A stretch of DNA of 64,000 nucleotides from the human T2T-CHM13v2.0 reference genome, Homo sapiens. Under the pieces are notes generated by a model, which was given only the letters and a program-made list of their open reading frames with translations, was not told the DNA's origin and did not search any database. This document shows, piece by piece, positions 17,466 to 36,445 of this stretch. Position numbers and translations under genes: made by a program. How positions within the stretch are numbered: the stretch's first letter is position 1; every line of letters starts with the position of its first letter. The DNA lies in NCBI RefSeq assembly GCF_009914755.1, contig NC_060930.1; one strand, given 5' to 3'.

Positions 17466-17980
17466 ACAGTGCTGTCCAACAGAACCTTCCATGCTGATGG
17501 AAAGATTCTATATCTGCTTTGTGCAATGTGGTGGCCACTATCAACATGTGGCTATTGGGCACTTGATGTATGGCTAAGTGTGAACGAGAACCATATTTTT
17601 TATTTTTATTTTTCATTTTTAATTATAGCTGGGCATGGTGGCTCACGGCTATAATCTCAGCACTTTAGGAGGCCGAGGAAGGCAGATCACCTGAGGTCAG
17701 GAGTTCAAGACCAGCCTGACCAACATGGCAAAACCTCGTCTCCACTAAGAAATACAAAAATTAGCCAGGTGTGGTGGTGTGCACCCGTAATCCCAGCTAC
17801 TTAAGAGGCTGAGGCATGGAATTGCTTGAACTCAGGAGGAAGAGGTCACAGTGAGCTGAGATGGTGCCACTGCATTCCAGCCTGGGCGACAGAGTAAGAC
17901 CCCTGTCTCAAAAAAATAAGATAAAATAATACAATGCAAATATTTGTGGCTATTGGCTACCACACCGAACAGTGCAGCTC
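17466..17980 (+). mobile_element. MER3 hAT MITE interrupted by an Alu
   Basis: cagtgctgtccaacagaac..gtggctattgggcacttga, resuming after the Alu with gtggctattggctacc..acagtgca. Confidence 0.75.
17628..17930 (+). mobile_element. AluS-like
   Basis: Full dimer. Confidence 0.93.
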
Positions 17981-18406
17981 TAGAGAGAGGAAAGGCATGG
18001 GACTTAACACTCCTTTAACCTAACCTAGTGGCCTGGTGTCTCAGGAAGGTGTTTTGTCTGCTCTTTGAAGATACCCAGCCCTCATCTCTCCAGCTCCCAG
18101 ATCTGTCTTCTTGTAGAATAACTGAGCATTTTGTTAAGCTCCTAAAATGTGTCAGACATTTTGCAAATGGAACCCAGATGTACTGGACCACCTGGAGGCT
18201 CGTCCCAGCATTCAAAAAAGGCTGAGATTCCAACGCTGCTTAGAAAGCACCATAGTAAGTCTCTCCTAAGAGTCTCTTGGGGAAGCACAGAGAGGAAATT
18301 TTTTCACAAAACACAAGGGGCTTCTATCCCTGCCCAAGTCCCAGTCCTCAGCACAGCAGTTCAGCTTCTCTCCTCCCACACCCCAAACCTAGTTCTGTTG
18401 CTGTCT

Positions 18407-18722
18407 TCTTGCTCTGTCACTCAGGCTGGAGTGCAGTGGTGTGATCTCGGCTTACCACAACCTCTGCCTCCTGGGTTCAAGCAATTCTCTTGCCTCAGCC
18501 TCCCAAATAGCTGGGACTACCAGTGTGCACCACCGTGCCTGGCTCGTTTTTGTATTTTTAGTAGAGATGGGGTTTCACCATGTTGGCCAGGCTGGTCTTG
18601 AACTCCTGACCTCAACTGATCCGCCCAGACCAGGCTGGTCTTGAACTCCTGACCTCAACTGATCTGCCCGCCTCAGCCTCCCAAACTGCTGGGATTACAG
18701 GTGTGAGCCACCACGCCCTGCC
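18407..18722 (-). mobile_element. AluS-like, tail-less, with internal 43-nt duplication
   Basis: Reverse Alu with no polyT; duplicated segment at 18587-18669. Confidence 0.9.
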
Positions 18723-19110
18723 TTCATCTTTTCTTATTCAAAGAAATTTGATCTACTCTGGATTTTGCTCTGCCTCACCTCTCTTGAAACAGCATACAAA
18801 CACGCCAGCTGCCACCCTTCCTCCTTGGCAGGAGAAAGAAGACAGAAGTGGCAAATACTTAGTATGTAACTCTTTCTCCTTTTAACCCTGTTACACAAGG
18901 TCGTGATTATCCCCAGTTTACAGATGAGGAAACAGTGGCACTCACTAGTTTAGGGCACACTGCTAGGGAATGGAGAAATCACAACACAAGCCCAGAGCTG
19001 TCAGACTCCTGAACAATGTCCTATGCCATCTGTCCCCACTCTCTGATGATAAAACCCCTACCGATGGCTGATGACTAAACCAATCCGCATTAATTTAACC
19101 AGCTACCTTG

Positions 19111-19416
<306 letters not shown>

Positions 19417-19703
19417 CTACCTTTAGAGCTCCTGGATTACTCCACCCCAAGGAAATTGTTTTTTAACCAGGAGAAAAAGACTTGACCCAAGAAGTGACTC
19501 AGGATCTCAAACCCAAATTTCTCAATCTGGACTTCAAGGCTTAGCAGGGCATGCTTAGCCTCCTCGCCTGTCACCTCCCAGTTGTGACAAGGTGAGCCTG
19601 TTCTCCAACTCATACCAACTCAGCTGTCCACCCAACCCATAGCCAGGCCCTCCCTACTACTAAGCAGGATGATGCTTCTCTCCCCCTTTTAAAATCATGA
19701 TAA

Positions 19704-20114
<411 letters not shown>

Positions 20115-20163
20115 TCATCTCCAGAACATTTAAGCTTCCCAAACTGAAATTCTACACCCATTA

Positions 20164-20661
<498 letters not shown>

Positions 20662-20852
20662 CTATTTTAAGCTGAATAATATTCCATTATGCAAATTCCT
20701 ACTTTAAGCTGAATATTATTCCATTATGTGTATATGCCATATTTTGTTGATCCATTCATCTGTTGATGGACACTTGAGTTGCTTCTACCATTTGATTATC
20801 GTGAATGATGCTGCTATTAACATGAGCATATGAATATCTGTTTGTGTCCCTG

Positions 20853-21150
20853 CTTTTTTTTTTTTTTTTTGAGACGGAGTCACGCTGTCGCCCAGGCTGG
20901 AGTGCAGTGGCGTAATCTCGGCTCACTGCAAGCTCCCCCTCCGGGTTCACGCCATTCTCCTGCCTCAGCCTCCCGAGTAGTTGGGACTACAGGCGCCCGT
21001 CACCGCTCCTGGCTAATTTTTTTTTTTTTTTTTTTTGTATTTTTAGTAGAGACGGGGTTTCACGGTGGTCTCAATCTCCTGACCTCATGATCCACCCGCC
21101 TCGGCCTCCCAAAGTGCTGGGATTACAGGCGTGAGCCACCGCACCCGGCC
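20853..21150 (-). mobile_element. AluY-like
   Basis: CpG-rich, with AluY diagnostics gcaagctcc and gggttcacgccattctc. Confidence 0.93.
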
Positions 21151-21259
21151 GTTCTTGCTTTCAATTCTTTGAGGTATATAACCAGAAACTGAATTGTTGG
21201 ATCATATGGTAACTCTCTTTAAGTTTTTGAGGAACCACCATGCTGTTTACTACAGCTGT

Positions 21260-21328
21260 TGCTCCCCTTTCAAGCTCATCCCACACTCCTCTGCTGCTCC
21301 CCTTTCAAGCTCATCCCACACTCCTCTG
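21260..21328 (+). repeat. Perfect 34-bp direct tandem duplication
   Basis: tgctcccctttcaagctcatcccacactcctctg at 21260-21293 and 21295-21328. Confidence 0.95.
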
Positions 21329-21706
21329 ACATCTCCTACATTAGCTGGCATATTAGCTGTCGCACTTTAAAATGTGATACTGAACTCATTTCTCCTAACC
21401 CAAGGGTCTGGAGGAGACTCAATGGTGACGTGCCATGGGGCAGGTTTTGACCTGGTCCATTTCAGTGTTTGTGCTAGAAATTCTAATAAAAAGCATGTAG
21501 GTCTGCTAATCAAATATAAAGATGTTGCAAGATGAGAGGTCTACCACACGCAGAATGAAGATTTTAAAATACTGTGACAGGCCAGAGTGATGAAGCTATA
21601 AAAATAGCTTTTTTTCATTGAGTGCCATGATAGACCAATTGCAATGCTAAGTTTATTTCCTTTATATACCATTCATTGAAAGATCACAACTCTTTAAGAT
21701 CAGAAT

Positions 21707-22305
<599 letters not shown>

Positions 22306-22309
22306 CTAG

Positions 22310-22795
22310 TTTACAGTTTTTATAATTTCATATAAATGAAATCATACAGTATGGACTTGTTAATTTTCATCTGGCTTCTTTACTCAGCATAATTATTTTG
22401 AGATATATCAATATTGTTCATTGTCATCGTATCAATACCTGTTCAAGTGGATCAGCAGGTTTTGTTTTGCTCAAATTCTATGGCATGGATATACTATAGT
22501 CGATGTATTCACTGTTGATGGACATTGGCTATTTCAAATAAAGCTGCTAGGAGCATATGCCTTAGAATGGACATATGCTTTCATTTATCTTGAGTAAATA
22601 TTTTGGAGTGGAATGGCTAGGTCACATGAAAGATATATCTTTAACTATTTTTTAGGAAACTGCCAACTGTTCCAAAGTGCCTGTTCCATTTCATACTCCC
22701 ACCAGCAGTGCTGGAGAGTTTTAATGCTCCACATCCTGGTCAATACTTGGTGTGGTCAGTCTTTTTAATTGTAGCTATTCTAATAGATGTGTAAT
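22310..22795 (-). mobile_element. Old L1M fragment
   Basis: atataaatgaaatcatacagtat..ttttaggaaactgccaactgttccaaagt..cccaccagcagtg. Confidence 0.8.
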
Positions 22796-22802
22796 AGAAC
22801 AC

Positions 22803-23101
22803 TTTTTTTTTTTTTCTTTTGAGACAGAGTCTTACTCCGTCACCCAGGCTGGAGTGCAGTGGAGTGATCTTGGTTCACTGCAACCTCCGCCTCTTGGATT
22901 AAAGTGATTCTCGTGCCTCAACCTCCCAAGTAGCTGAAATGACAGGCATGTGCCACCACATCTGGCTAATTTTTGTATTTTCAGTAGACAGGGTTTCGCC
23001 ACATTGGCCAGGCTGGTCTCGAACTCCTGACTTCAAGTGATCTGCCCACCTTGGCTTCCCAAAGTGCTGGGATTACAGGCATGAATCCCACCGCGCCCGG
23101 A
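22803..23101 (-). mobile_element. AluS-like
   Basis: Reverse dimer. Confidence 0.93.
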
Positions 23102-23689
23102 CAGAGATCACTTTTAAACGAATCATATTACAAATCAAAAAGTGTCTAGAGGAAAATGCTAGAAGGCACAGGATCTGGAACCAGAGCCCAAAGGAAAGGG
23201 GGGAGGGGAGGTTAGGGGGATGGGTATCTGGCTTAGAGAAAGGAGGTTATCTTAAATATCTGGAAGAGGGATTACATTTGTGTTTAGAAGATGCACTAGA
23301 ACCCAGAGGGAAAAGCCAATGGGAAACAGACTTTGCTCCATCAAAGGACTGTCTGATACGGCCTTTCACAGGCAGAATGAGCTTTTCAAGAAGTGAGATC
23401 CCTGTTACTGGAAGTGTTCAAGCAGCAGAATTTGGAGGCATCCCCTCTCAAGGACTGTCAATTCACATTGGTTCTGTACCTACTATGCTCTGCAATAGGG
23501 GCAGGGCTGAGAAGATACAAAAGCAAAGTTATCACGCTTTTGCCTAAATAATATCATGTGATTAGGGCTCTGGCTAAGGTATGTGCAAGGGTGATGAGAG
23601 GGAGAGGAAGGTGGAGCTTCCCAGAGGAGGCGACACTGCAGCTGGGTCTCAGGCATGCAATCAGACACCATGAAAGAACTCCTTGGCAG

Positions 23690-23818
23690 GGTTGGGCACA
23701 TCCCAGCACTTTGGGAGGGAGGCTGAGGCAGGAGGATAGCTTGAAGCCAGGAGTTCAAGATGAGCCTGGGCAACAAAGCAAGACCTCATCTCTACCAAAA
23801 AAAAAAAAAAAAAAAAAA
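23690..23818 (+). mobile_element. FLAM/Alu left monomer
   Basis: Left-arm sequence followed directly by polyA. Confidence 0.8.
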
Positions 23819-23894
23819 CCTAGACAGGGTGGATGGGAGTTGGGGTTAAATGACCTTCTATTTTCTAAGATTCTAAAATTAGGCTACATTTATT

Positions 23895-24247
<353 letters not shown>

Positions 24248-24365
24248 CTATATAAATTGAGGTCTATCTTTAGAGTAGAATAATATTCATCTGAAATATA
24301 ATCTAGGATGTTCTTTACATACTGATATAGAATGATCTACAAGACACACTAGGTGAGAAAAGTAA

Positions 24366-24735
<370 letters not shown>

Positions 24736-24764
24736 CAACCTTTGAATTTTTAAAAGGGGTCTAG

Positions 24765-25403
<639 letters not shown>

Positions 25404-25643
25404 TAAAAGGTCTAGTGACACACACACATGCACGCGCACGTGCATGTTTTTACTGGCGTAATCTAATGTCCCTGGGCCACATGGGTTGCCTTTGAGAGGG
25501 GAAGCAGCTAGGAAACAAGTCTGTGAAAGAAACTGTATTTTACATACCCTCCTGTGCCCTTAGAATTTTAACTGTGTGAGTGGGTTGCCTATTTAAAATA
25601 AAATGAAAATAAAACTAAAAGAAACCGTTTTGAAATAAATTAA

Positions 25644-25925
<282 letters not shown>

Positions 25926-25950
<25 letters not shown>

Positions 25951-26020
25951 AAAGAAAGAAAGAAGGAAGGAAGGGAGGGAGGGAGGGAGGGAGGGAGAGA
26001 GGGAGGGAAGGAAGGGAAGA
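25926..26020 (+). repeat. Polypurine tract (GAAA/GGAA/GGGA) from the Alu tail
   Basis: Read directly from the sequence. Confidence 0.9.
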
Positions 26021-28155
26021 CACCTCCCTAGTTCAGCACGCGGCCCCATCGTGCGTTCCTTTCCCAGTGTCCATCTCTCTCTGTTGAACCAGGCCTGTGG
26101 TGAGTCTCCCCCTCAGAGGGGCCTCCCCAGAGAGCTTCTATGGCATTCCCACCTCCCTAAGGCCTGCAGCATAACCGACTCCCAGGTGAGGCGGATGAGG
26201 CTGGTCATACACCACCCTTTGCGTAGGGAGGGTCTAGAGCTCTGAATGCTCTGTGATGAGGCTCACGGGTTAAGCATCATCAGGTCTGGAGAAGCTGCCC
26301 TGGTCCAGAAAAGAGGAGGGGATGCAACAGTGGAGGTTCTGCCAGAGAGCGAGGCACATCTCTCACTGATCTGACCTGGGCCCCTCAGCCCCTGGTTTCC
26401 ATCCCCACCCACCACTGTTCTGGGGGCAGCACAGACTGGCTTCCCCAGCCGCCTGCCTGCACCGAAGAAAGGCCCAGACAGTAGTGGGACAAAACGGCAC
26501 CCCATGAGGGCCCAAGGGGTGAGTGCGGAACATGGGCTGGGATGCAGTGGCCTAGACTTCACAGCTAAAGAAACGCCTTTCCTCTTTCTCACAGGCTAAC
26601 GGTGGCTCGTGGCTGCGGGCCATCAGCCCTCCCTGAAAATTCAGAAGCCAAACCAAACCTCCTTCAGCCAACAAAACCAGACAGTGTCTGACACAGCCTC
26701 TTTCTCTCAGTAAAAAGCAGACGTCTTGGATCCAGGTGTGGCAGGACCACCTGCTCTGGCGGAAGGCCAGTGGCCCTCCAGTGGGGGTCTCCTCACCCAC
26801 CCAGGACAAGAACTGACCTGAGAACCTAGAAATCAAGCTGCTAACACCTCCACCGCACCCCTCGCCCCAGGGGACAAGGTAGTTTTCCAGGCCACACACG
26901 TGGGTTTCCCTGATGAGGCATTTTTCTGTATGACAAAACCCTGCTCTTGGCCGCTGCCAGAGAGAAATGAATGTGGACTGTGGTGTGAGGGAAGCCAGCA
27001 GGTTTGTTCCCCTCAGGGCTGCCACCACCCCTGGCTGGAGCAGGTGGGGGCCTACAGTGACCACTGGAGGGGTGCCAGGAAAGGGACCCCTCCCCCTACA
27101 TCATCCCCACACACCTGTGACCATTCCTGAAATTGCACCGTGCACATTCATTCTTGGAGGATGAGAAATTGCGTCTCTTAAAATGTTTCCACCCACAGGA
27201 GAGGTAATACATTAAGCTGTTATCAGTCATCTACACCTTAATGTGAATTAGTTGATCAGTCTTGGAATGCTACACCTGGAATGAGGCCTAGTTCAGCCCC
27301 TTTTTTACAAGTCAGGAAGCCCAGAGCAGGAGGTGACTGACTTAAGGTAAGGCAGCAAGGTGGTGACCAGGCCAAGGGCAGGAAGAGCCCAAAGGGATGG
27401 AAGGTAAACACGTGACTGGGGGATGAGGGAAACCGCAATGTGATCGAGACGAGTGGGGGCATCTTCAGGCATTCATTCCACAGACTAACACAGAGCTGTA
27501 TCAAGGTTTCCCCCAAGAGAAGGGCCGCTCCCCACCCTAGAGCATGAAATGTCTTTGAAGTCTCCTGTTTAATCTTAAAATTCATTCACATGCAACATTC
27601 TACTCCCTAATATATAGTAATTTGTTTTCACGTCAACATAATTGTGAGATTTATTGAGTGAGATACCACTTTCCATTTACCAGAAAGGCTGAGATCAAAG
27701 TTTGTGGTTCTGGGGACAGGACTGGGATGGCTGCGATGGGAATGTGGAGACCTCTCACTGCATGCCCTTCCCTACCTTTTTAAATTTTGTGTCATCTGCA
27801 AACATTACCTAGTCAAAAAATTAATAAAATACTTAAAAATATGAGTTGGTTAGGACATGGGGAAATAGGCATTCTTGTTCTGGCAGGAGGTGGTGTGGAC
27901 AGAAACTTCTGTATGTTGGACAATAGTGATATTTATCCAAATGTTAAACAGGCACACCTTTTACCCAATGATATCTGGTCTAGTCTAGGAACTTCACCCA
28001 CACCTGGGGGAAACGACACCCAAGTCTGTTCACCACTGCATGATTTGTGCTGATCCTGAGAGGCTGGCCTGAGCATCTAACCCTCTTTGAAGACTATGCT
28101 GACTCTGAACAAAGACCAGAAGCTAGACTTCCTGTCTGGCGATCTTCTCCAACCA

Positions 28156-28797
<642 letters not shown>

Positions 28798-29247
28798 AGA
28801 TGCCTACAGAGTGCTCGATTCGTGCCCGGCTCTGTTACATAGACTAAACCCTTTCAGTTTTCACAACTTCATGAATTAACTACTACTATCATCAGCCATG
28901 TGTGATAGATGAGAATATTAGGGCCTATTAGTGCTAACCTTGCCCAAGGTCACACGTGCTAACCAAGCAAGTGGCAGAGAGTGGATTAATACCAGGGCCC
29001 ATGCTCTAAATCGCTGCACTACACTGCTTCTCCGCACAATGGATGGTACATGCGTGCATATTAACCACCATTTATTAAATACCTCTTATTTGCTAAGCCA
29101 CTGTGCAAGTTACTTCGCAGTGTTTTATACAAGACCATCTCTATAGCCAGTCCTGTGTTGATTGCAGAATGGGGGTGGGGAGTGCCACTGAGGAAACTGA
29201 AGAAAACAGAAGAGACTATTCCCACCTTTAAGAAGCTGACAATATGT

Positions 29248-29661
<414 letters not shown>

Positions 29662-30445
29662 TCATTTAATCTTCTTCACAATCCTGCCAAATAATTTTCA
29701 TGATCTCTGCTCCAGAATGAGGAAACCAAAGCTTTCCAAGTCACAAGGGCCTGCCCCCAAGATCATCTAACCAGCCAGGGAAGAGCTGGAACTTGACCTC
29801 AGGTCTCATGATTCCCCCCCACCAAAGAGGAATGGCACACTACCAAGACAGCCCAGCTCAGTGGTTTGTAACCTGCCCCAGCATGAAGACCCCTTGTTCC
29901 CTTTGGAAATGACTGCAGCCCTGCAAAGGAGAGAAGCTGTTATTCTGGGCTTTGGTAAACGGGGAAAATTCATAGTGACAAAAAACAATCAGGCCTTCAG
30001 CACAGCTGAAAAGGAGTAGCACAGTTATACACCAGACATTACTTACACAGTTGGCAGATAGTATTTGGAGTTCAAATAGACATAGAGCTTCTTGGAATAA
30101 TTCTGCAGCCCACAGGCAGTAACGACTGGCCGGGCCTATACTACCAAAGTAGTTCAGAGAAGGCACCATCTCTAAAATCTGTGTTCTTGACCAGGGCGTG
30201 GGGGTAGAGGGGTATGGGGGCATTTAAATTCAATGAGGTTGGCAAAAATCAGGACTGAAGAAATAGCGGGAGCAAAGGAGCTTGGCTGAGGGAGACAGGT
30301 GTATGGAGAGACCCAAAGGATATATGGATGTATGTGTATTTCTTTTGCAGAGAAGGGTTGATTCTAGATGCCCAATGGCCATTTGAACAGTTAGAGTAAG
30401 AGGGGGACTGGGAGTGGAGAGAGTGGTCTAGAGATGAGATAATGC

Positions 30446-31025
30446 TAGTCAAAATCCCTTACCTGATGCCTTTGGGTCAGATGTGTTTTGTAATGCAGAG
30501 TCTTTCGGATTTTAGAAAAGGAACACAGTGCCATGCCACATATTTTGCAAAGCCCCCAGCAGAATCTGGGATGTCATCAAATACTTTAAACAAATACTTT
30601 AATATTCCTGCAAAAAAGTACATGGAAAATTCACACTAGGTGGGAATAAAAAAAACTCAGGTTTTGTCTGGGTGCTGTGGCTCAAGCCTGTAATCCCAGC
30701 AGTTTGGGAGGCCGAGGCAGGCGGATCGCCTGAGGTCAGGAGTTCAAGACAAGCCTGGCCAACATGGTGAAACCCCATCTCTACAAAAATACAAAAATTA
30801 GCCAGGCATGATAGCGAGTGCCTGCAATCCCAGCTAGTCAGGAGGCTGAGGCAGGAGAATCGCTTAAACCCAGGAGGCGGAGGTTGCAGTAAGCCGAGAT
30901 CGTGCCATTGCACTCTCCAGCCTGGGTGACAGAGTGAGACTCAAATCTCAGGTTTTGTTGCCAAATGTGTTTCGTTTTCAGAGCTTTTAGGTGTTTGGAG
31001 TTGTAGATGAGATATTGTGAACTTA
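30446..31025 (-). mobile_element. MER46C-like MITE interrupted by a nearly tail-less sense Alu (30668-30945)
   Basis: Homology to the 15565 copy; Alu TSD ctcaggttttgt. Confidence 0.7.
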
Positions 31026-31069
31026 AAAATTGAATAAATGTTACTTTTGGCTTGTTTGCATTCTAAGCT

Positions 31070-31240
31070 GATTGACATGCATTATCTCATTTAATCCTAT
31101 GTCAGCACTATGAGGTTATTATTCTCAATTACCAGTGGAGAGAACCGAGGTTAAGAGATGTTGAGTGACTTGCCCAAAGTCACTCAGCTGGTCAGTGGCA
31201 GAGTGGGGACCAGAACCCAAGTCCCTGAGATTCCAAAGCA
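31070..31240 (-). mobile_element. MIR
   Basis: attatctcatttaatcct..gtgacttgcccaaagtcac. Confidence 0.75.
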
Positions 31241-31675
31241 AATTCTATCTGCCTAGGGAGAAGCCCATTCTGCCAACCTTACAATTTTGTCTAGGTCAAC
31301 CACTCTTAAGAAGTGAAATTATCCATCAAGGAACAAAGAGAACAACTGAAGTCCCAGCTTGTGGTACTGAGTTCTCACCTATCACTTTTAAGTATTTTGG
31401 ATGGCCGCCCTCTACACCATACCATTTCCCAGTGCACCATGTGCCAGCTGAACAAAACAGGCAGCCACTCCATGCCCTGAGCCTGTAAAGATGCCTGGTG
31501 ATCACTAATTTTTCACCTTCCAGAATCTGCTCAAGGCAGTGCAGTGCAGCAGTTAAGCACATGGATGTTAGAGTATGGAGGACACATCCCAGCTCTGCAA
31601 CTCACCAGCTGTGCAACCCTGCAAGACATTACACCTCTCAGGGCTTTGGTTCCCTTACCTGTAAGATACGGTATT

Positions 31676-32362
<687 letters not shown>

Positions 32363-32474
32363 CTATGAAAGAGTCTTTTCTGCGCCCAACCAACCACTCC
32401 CTTCTCTACCCTGCACACTGGCCATCAGAGTGCTTGTACCACCTTTCCCCCACTTATTTGTCTGCTCCGACACC

Positions 32475-32730
32475 CAGGATAGAGTGCAGTGGCATGATCA
32501 TGCTCACTGCAGTTTCAACCTCACGGGCTAAAGTGATCTTCTCACCTTAGCCTCCTGAGTGTCTGAGACTACAGGTGCACACCACCCCACCTGGCTAATT
32601 TTTTTATTTTTTGCAGAGACAAGGTCTCCCTGTACTGTCCAGGCTGCTCTCTAACTCCTGGGCTCAAGCAATCCTCAGGCCTCAGCCTCCCAAAATGTTG
32701 GGATACAGGCCTAAGCCATGGCACCCAGCC
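32475..32730 (-). mobile_element. AluJ-like, 3'-truncated
   Basis: Diverged reverse Alu. Confidence 0.85.
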
Positions 32731-33369
32731 TGTATCTGTTTTTTGCTAATAAACTAACATATTGTAAGGAGGAGTTGTGCTGTACTCAGTTCTGTCCCAG
32801 CACTCAACACAATGCCAGGCATACCATAGGCACTCATTTACTGCTGAAGGAATGAATGAATGAATGGGCTATGTCTGCAAGTGCTTATAATTTTATTATG
32901 GAGAAAGTCATCAATTTGAAAATAAATAATATGATTCTCATTTTCCACAGGCATATCATAAAATCCTATTTCTTGTAAAGCCGTAGGAAAGGGGGTTGGC
33001 AAAAATCACATAAGTTGCAATCCCAAGACACCATGGAGTTGACGGTATGCTGGGTGATGGGTTGTGCCCATGTGAAAAATAGCTGCACTGCACATGCCAG
33101 CCATGGGACAGTCAGTGCCTCTGGGAGTCTGGAGATGGGAGAGGGCAGAACAATATGAAATGAGTCACAAATGTGCATGTCATCCTTGCTCAAGGTAAAA
33201 TAGGACTGTTGGGTAACAATAGGAACCATGTCACAAGGCAACACGAGGCAAGTGCATGCCTTTGAGTGATGGGCACAACCATGGGTGTGGGGTTCAGAGG
33301 ATGGAAAGCCCCCTTCCCCAGGATGCTTTCTTCCTCAATTGCTTTCTTCCAAATCAAGATCTCATGTGA

Positions 33370-34416
<1,047 letters not shown>

Positions 34417-35112
34417 TTAGGTCACCTGCTTACATGTTAGTTGCAAGGACATCTGGGAAGGTCAGTTTCTGGCCTTTACTTTGGGGAAGTGGGATTTATG
34501 ATGTGGGAAAAACCCAAAATAGGAAAGTTGATCAAAAAAGTGCTGGTGACTGTAGGCAAGGCAAACGCCCCCTACATATGGTTTAGGATTTTTTTTTCTC
34601 ATAAATACAGAATACTAATTTAATCATTCTCTGAACCTCCAGTGCCTAGCTCAGTGCCTGGCAGACAGCAGAACTCAATACACTAGAAAGGAAAGGAAGA
34701 GGGAGGAGAGAGAGATTGCACATTTACATGCTGCCTTACCAAGCAAGGTTGAATGAAGACTTGCTGTTTGGGTACATAAGACTCCCAAGGCCCTTTAGGA
34801 ATTTGAAGGAAGGGGACTCCCTTGCACATACATGCTTAAGTCACACCTGTAAGCTCTGGCGTACAGCCTCCGGACCACATGAAACGCTCGATGTGTCCTG
34901 AGTAGTCGTCCACTTTCTCTGTAGCCCACCTGTTTGCTTACTGTCACTCAGGCTGTCACTGAATCTCCTCCCCTCCCTAGTCCCAGGAGAGGTTTTACTA
35001 GTCTCTGAAGGCCAATCTAAAACAGTTGTTGCAAAGGCAACGCCAGAGGCCTCCCAGGGTGATGACTATGTTGACAAAGATCACTGGCACCTAAATTCAA
35101 GCAGGTCTGTGA

Positions 35113-35493
<381 letters not shown>

Positions 35494-36159
35494 TTATATT
35501 GTAGTTTAATTGGTGAGCACACACACGCTTAAATGATGAGGCAGCTCTCTGGGTGCCAAATGAAATAGGAAAAAGCAAATGCTCCCAAGGTTTAAGGAAG
35601 ACCAGGTTGGCATAGCTGAGCTGATGAGAAAAGGTGCTGGAAAGACGGGGGGCTGTTAAGGGGTGAAGTAGTTAGAGTACGTGGGAGCTGTGGCAAACCT
35701 GCATTCTTCCCTAACCCTTCCAAACCAGGTCAGATCCCGGTAGCATCACCACGGTACCCTTCATATCAAGGCTGAATTTCATTTTGGTGATTATCTGATC
35801 CGGTGTCTGCCTCCTCCATTTTACAAAGATCTTGCCATTGTGCCCCAGGACAGCGATAGGTGGGCAGAGGCCAGTGAGGACCAGGTCAGGACGAGGCTGC
35901 TGGGAGGGAGAGGCTGAGCCGATCACAAAGACAGTCTGCAGCTTTCCTCCTCCCCCTCCCCCAGGGAGGAGCAGCTGATGTGTTTCAGGAGTGTTCCAAT
36001 CCAATTAGTGCCCTCCCTCCCCTCCACGGTGGCCCAAGCCACCACTCCCTTCCCCGAGGTGGAGACTGGGTGGGGAGGGGGTGCTGAGGAGGTCTGAACA
36101 TCCTGACCCAGCTCCTCGTGGCAGCACAGCTGGCTCGCTGCTACTGAGCTCAAGGCTGC

Positions 36160-36445
36160 TATGACAGCGCTCGTTTCCAGGCGACTGTTCTGGGGAATGC
36201 TCTGTTTTGGCAACCAGAGGGCCCCCGGGTAAGGGGGGCCCGCAGGACGCCGCGTCATTTGCATGGCAACCTCCTCCCTCCCCGAGCTGCGCGCTGCTCT
36301 GCGGCAGGCGGGCAGCCTGGCCCGGCCGCCCCGGCCCCTCGCCCTCCGCCCAGGCCCGCCTTGCGGCTCCGGCGCGGCGCTGTCACCGCCTTCTCCACAC
36401 CGGGAGGCGGAGGCTGCACGCAGAGCTAGGGCATTTCCGGAAAGG
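36160..36445. promoter_or_regulatory. Small non-repeat CpG island, candidate enhancer or promoter
   Basis: About 25 CpGs in about 215 bp (36226-36440), GC boxes, octamer ATTTGCAT at 36257-36264, CTCF-like tggcaaccagagggccc at 36208-36224. Confidence 0.7.
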
